Shown one piece after another: positions 61,597 to 64,000 of a DNA stretch of 64,000 bases. This DNA comes from Spizellomyces punctatus DAOM BR117. Lineage: Eukaryota. How positions within the stretch are numbered: the first letter of the stretch is position 1; each line of letters starts with the position of its first letter. The position numbers and the translations under genes are program-made. A model generated the notes under the pieces. That model made no database searches and was not told the origin of the DNA. It saw only the letters and a program-made list of their open reading frames with translations. Where the stretch lies: assembly GCA_000182565.2 (NCBI GenBank), contig KQ257464.1; one strand, 5' to 3'.

Positions 61597-64000
61597 ATGA
61601 CCGGAATTCCGTCCATTGTCCACCAGGCACCGAAGCGAACTCTTGAAGACTCTACAAGCGATAACACAAAGCGGATAAAGCTGGACGATAATAGTGGAGA
61701 AAGCCCATCGACGGGCATCTCTTTTGCATCTCCGCATATTGGGGACATGGTCGACCTTGTTGCGGCCCGCAAACTTGTCACGGAACAGGACGTCGGCATT
61801 ACAGCCTTTGTCGATCCATCTATTCCTGGGTTTACGGGTATCTTGAAGACCAGGTAGTTGGATTACGTGTTCTGGTGTAGCGTTTGGCTGGATCTGCGCC
61901 TAATCAATTCATTAGATTTACGGATTTTCAGGTAAACGAAGTGACACTCGATGGTCAAATTGTCCATTTGCAATCAACTGACCCACCTCAAGATATAAAC
62001 AAAGCTGGGGATGAGGTACTGTGTCTTCAGTTGAGCCTCACCGTGGATTTAGCTGACGCTCTGCCTCTAGGCCAAGGAGGAGGTGAAGGACGAGGAGCAA
62101 GGTTTTGCTGAGCTTACTGAGCTCATCCAAGACACGGACTTCATCGCTTCCTTCAAAGGCTTAATTGATTCTCTCAAAAACGGTGCGGTCCCTGCTGAGG
62201 AATCATCTGTAGCGGTGACGGACGGTAACGAAGACGGGGATGTGAAGAATAATGATGACACCGAACCTACAACAGCAACAAAAAGCACGCCAACGGGTTC
62301 GCTGACATGCAACATCAGTGATAAATCTGTTCGACGACAAGTGCACATGATCATCAAGCGGCATTTCGGAGATTTGATAGAAACCCAAGGGGGCGAAAGT
62401 AGTATTGTATTTGTGCCGCAAGGAAAGGACTCTGGAAAACGGTCGGACCGTCGTCAGGGCAAAGGTACGGTTCTGGTTTGGTTGGAGTACCTGAATAAGT
62501 AGTAAATTGTTTCCAAAAGGTCAGAAGAAGGGCTGGAACAAGCGCGGGCCTACGAAACGAGATTGGGAGGCGCGCGGTGGACAGTATTGTGAGTTTACGC
62601 TTTACAAAGAGAATAAGGACACGATTAATGCCATCAACATGATCGCAAAAACGTTAAGGTAAGGTCCGTTATGTGGACTCTGCTGGATGCATTTCTTTAA
62701 TACTCTACTTCCAGGGTGAACTCAAAAACATTCTCATACGCGGGAACGAAGGATAAGCGTGCAGTTACAACACAGAAGATTACCGCTTGTCGGGTGAATG
62801 CCGAACGACTGAGTCATTTGAATAGATGCCTGAGGGGAATGGCATTAGGTGATTTCAGGTCCGTTCTTCCAGGTTCCACGAAAGCCATAAACCTGGATAG
62901 TGGGCTTACATCATAGATTTAGATACCGACCGGATCAAATCGTGTTGGGTGATTTGAGCGGAAATCACTTCAAAATTGTGCTCAGGTATATCTGAAAGTT
63001 TGATTGCACGTTGTTTGACCCGCGAGAAGCTCATAATGAACATCATCAGAGAAGTTCAGATGGAATCACAGTTGATGTTAGAGAAGGCCATGGAATCCCT
63101 CCGTTGTAATGGCTTTATCAACTACTTTGGTATGCAACGATTCGGTACCCGCTCCACACCCACATACGCGGTAGGTATCTCCTGTCTCAAAGGTGATTTC
63201 GAGAAAGCAGTGAATGAAGTCATGGACATCAAAGAAGGGGGTGCGTGTTCGCCCGATCATTTTTTCGTAACGACATGTAGCTGAGCACCGCCTATCCATT
63301 TGTGCAGAGCGAGAAGAGTTTGTAAAAGCACGGCAACATTGGAAGGAGCATCGGGATCCTGAGGCGGCGCTGGAACTATTCCCGAAGGCTTGTCTAGCGG
63401 AACGCTCCATTATCGGCTTCTTCAAGAACACTGGTAGATTAAATGACTATCTCAACGCGTTGGAAGCTGTGAGTAGCGTTCGCCAATTGTGACGCAAGTT
63501 CATCTGCTTATAATGATCTTCAGATCCCGCGAAATCTGAGAACTCTTTATCTACATGCGTATCAAAGCTTGGTATGGAACAACATGGCATCTGAAAGGCT
63601 ACGCATGTACGGTGCAAAACCGGTTCTTGGCGACATTGTTGAGCTATCGGGACAAGATGATAGCGAAGAGTTGGACGACTCGACAGCGGATGGACTCGGT
63701 AATGAGGATGCAGTCGCCGCATTGTCAGAATTGGAAGCAAAGAGCAAGAAACGTGATGTCCAAGTGGCTATACTCGAAACGGACGAAGATCTCACAAAGT
63801 ACACCATGGATGACGTAGTGCTGCCACTCCCTGGACACTCGGTGACATATCCAGCTAACGAGATCAAGGACAAATATGTAAACTTTATGGCACAACATGG
63901 ACTTGATCCCCATAATATGGTCAGAAAACAGAAGTAAGTTCTACGACGCCCCTGAGAAGTGCCACTCGTTGCACCTTCTGAATGACATGAGACTGATTGT
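61597..64000 (+). CDS. PUS7: Pseudouridine synthase PUS7 (TruD family), 3' end outside the window
   Basis: DVGITAF..GFTGILKTRFTDFQVNEV; FTLYKENKDT; FSYAGTKDKRAVTTQ (catalytic Asp); GFINYFGMQRFG; LYLHAYQSLVWN; DVVLPLPG. Confidence 0.96.

Noticed and set aside
1-64000. tRNA, rRNA, CRISPR, transposon or prokaryotic operon/defence system
   Set aside because: No cloverleaf or T-loop in context, no spaced direct repeats, no transposase/RT motifs; the sequence is intron-rich eukaryotic DNA.

Overview
Eukaryotic, gene-dense DNA with many short (mostly ~50-75 nt) spliceosomal introns. About 23 protein-coding genes; no rRNA, tRNA, CRISPR array or intact mobile element seen; one assembly gap (4268-5036). 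Flagellar/centriolar genes (CEP290, RIB43A, NME7) sit beside fungal-type housekeeping genes (MRPL36, MIC26, SDA1, MON1, STT3, RPN2, RAD23, PUS7, LIP2), which points to a zoosporic fungus (chytrid; inference). All gene models were spliced by hand and family calls rest on remembered motifs, not database searches. Most interesting: (1) an unassigned protein with nine compact RRM-like domains arranged as 4 didomain repeats plus one, a Trp-studded acidic region, a PAM2-like motif and a coiled coil, directly downstream of an EndoU RNase with an amphipathic/Q-rich N-terminus; (2) a bacterial-like isochorismatase-family gene carrying 5 introns (candidate HGT); (3) NME7 lacking the catalytic His in NDK domain A; (4) near-strict head-to-head gene pairing, often of functionally related genes; (5) RFX X-box-like sites at non-ciliary rather than ciliary promoters; (6) two apparent frameshifts (RPN2, CEP290) that are probably sequence errors.
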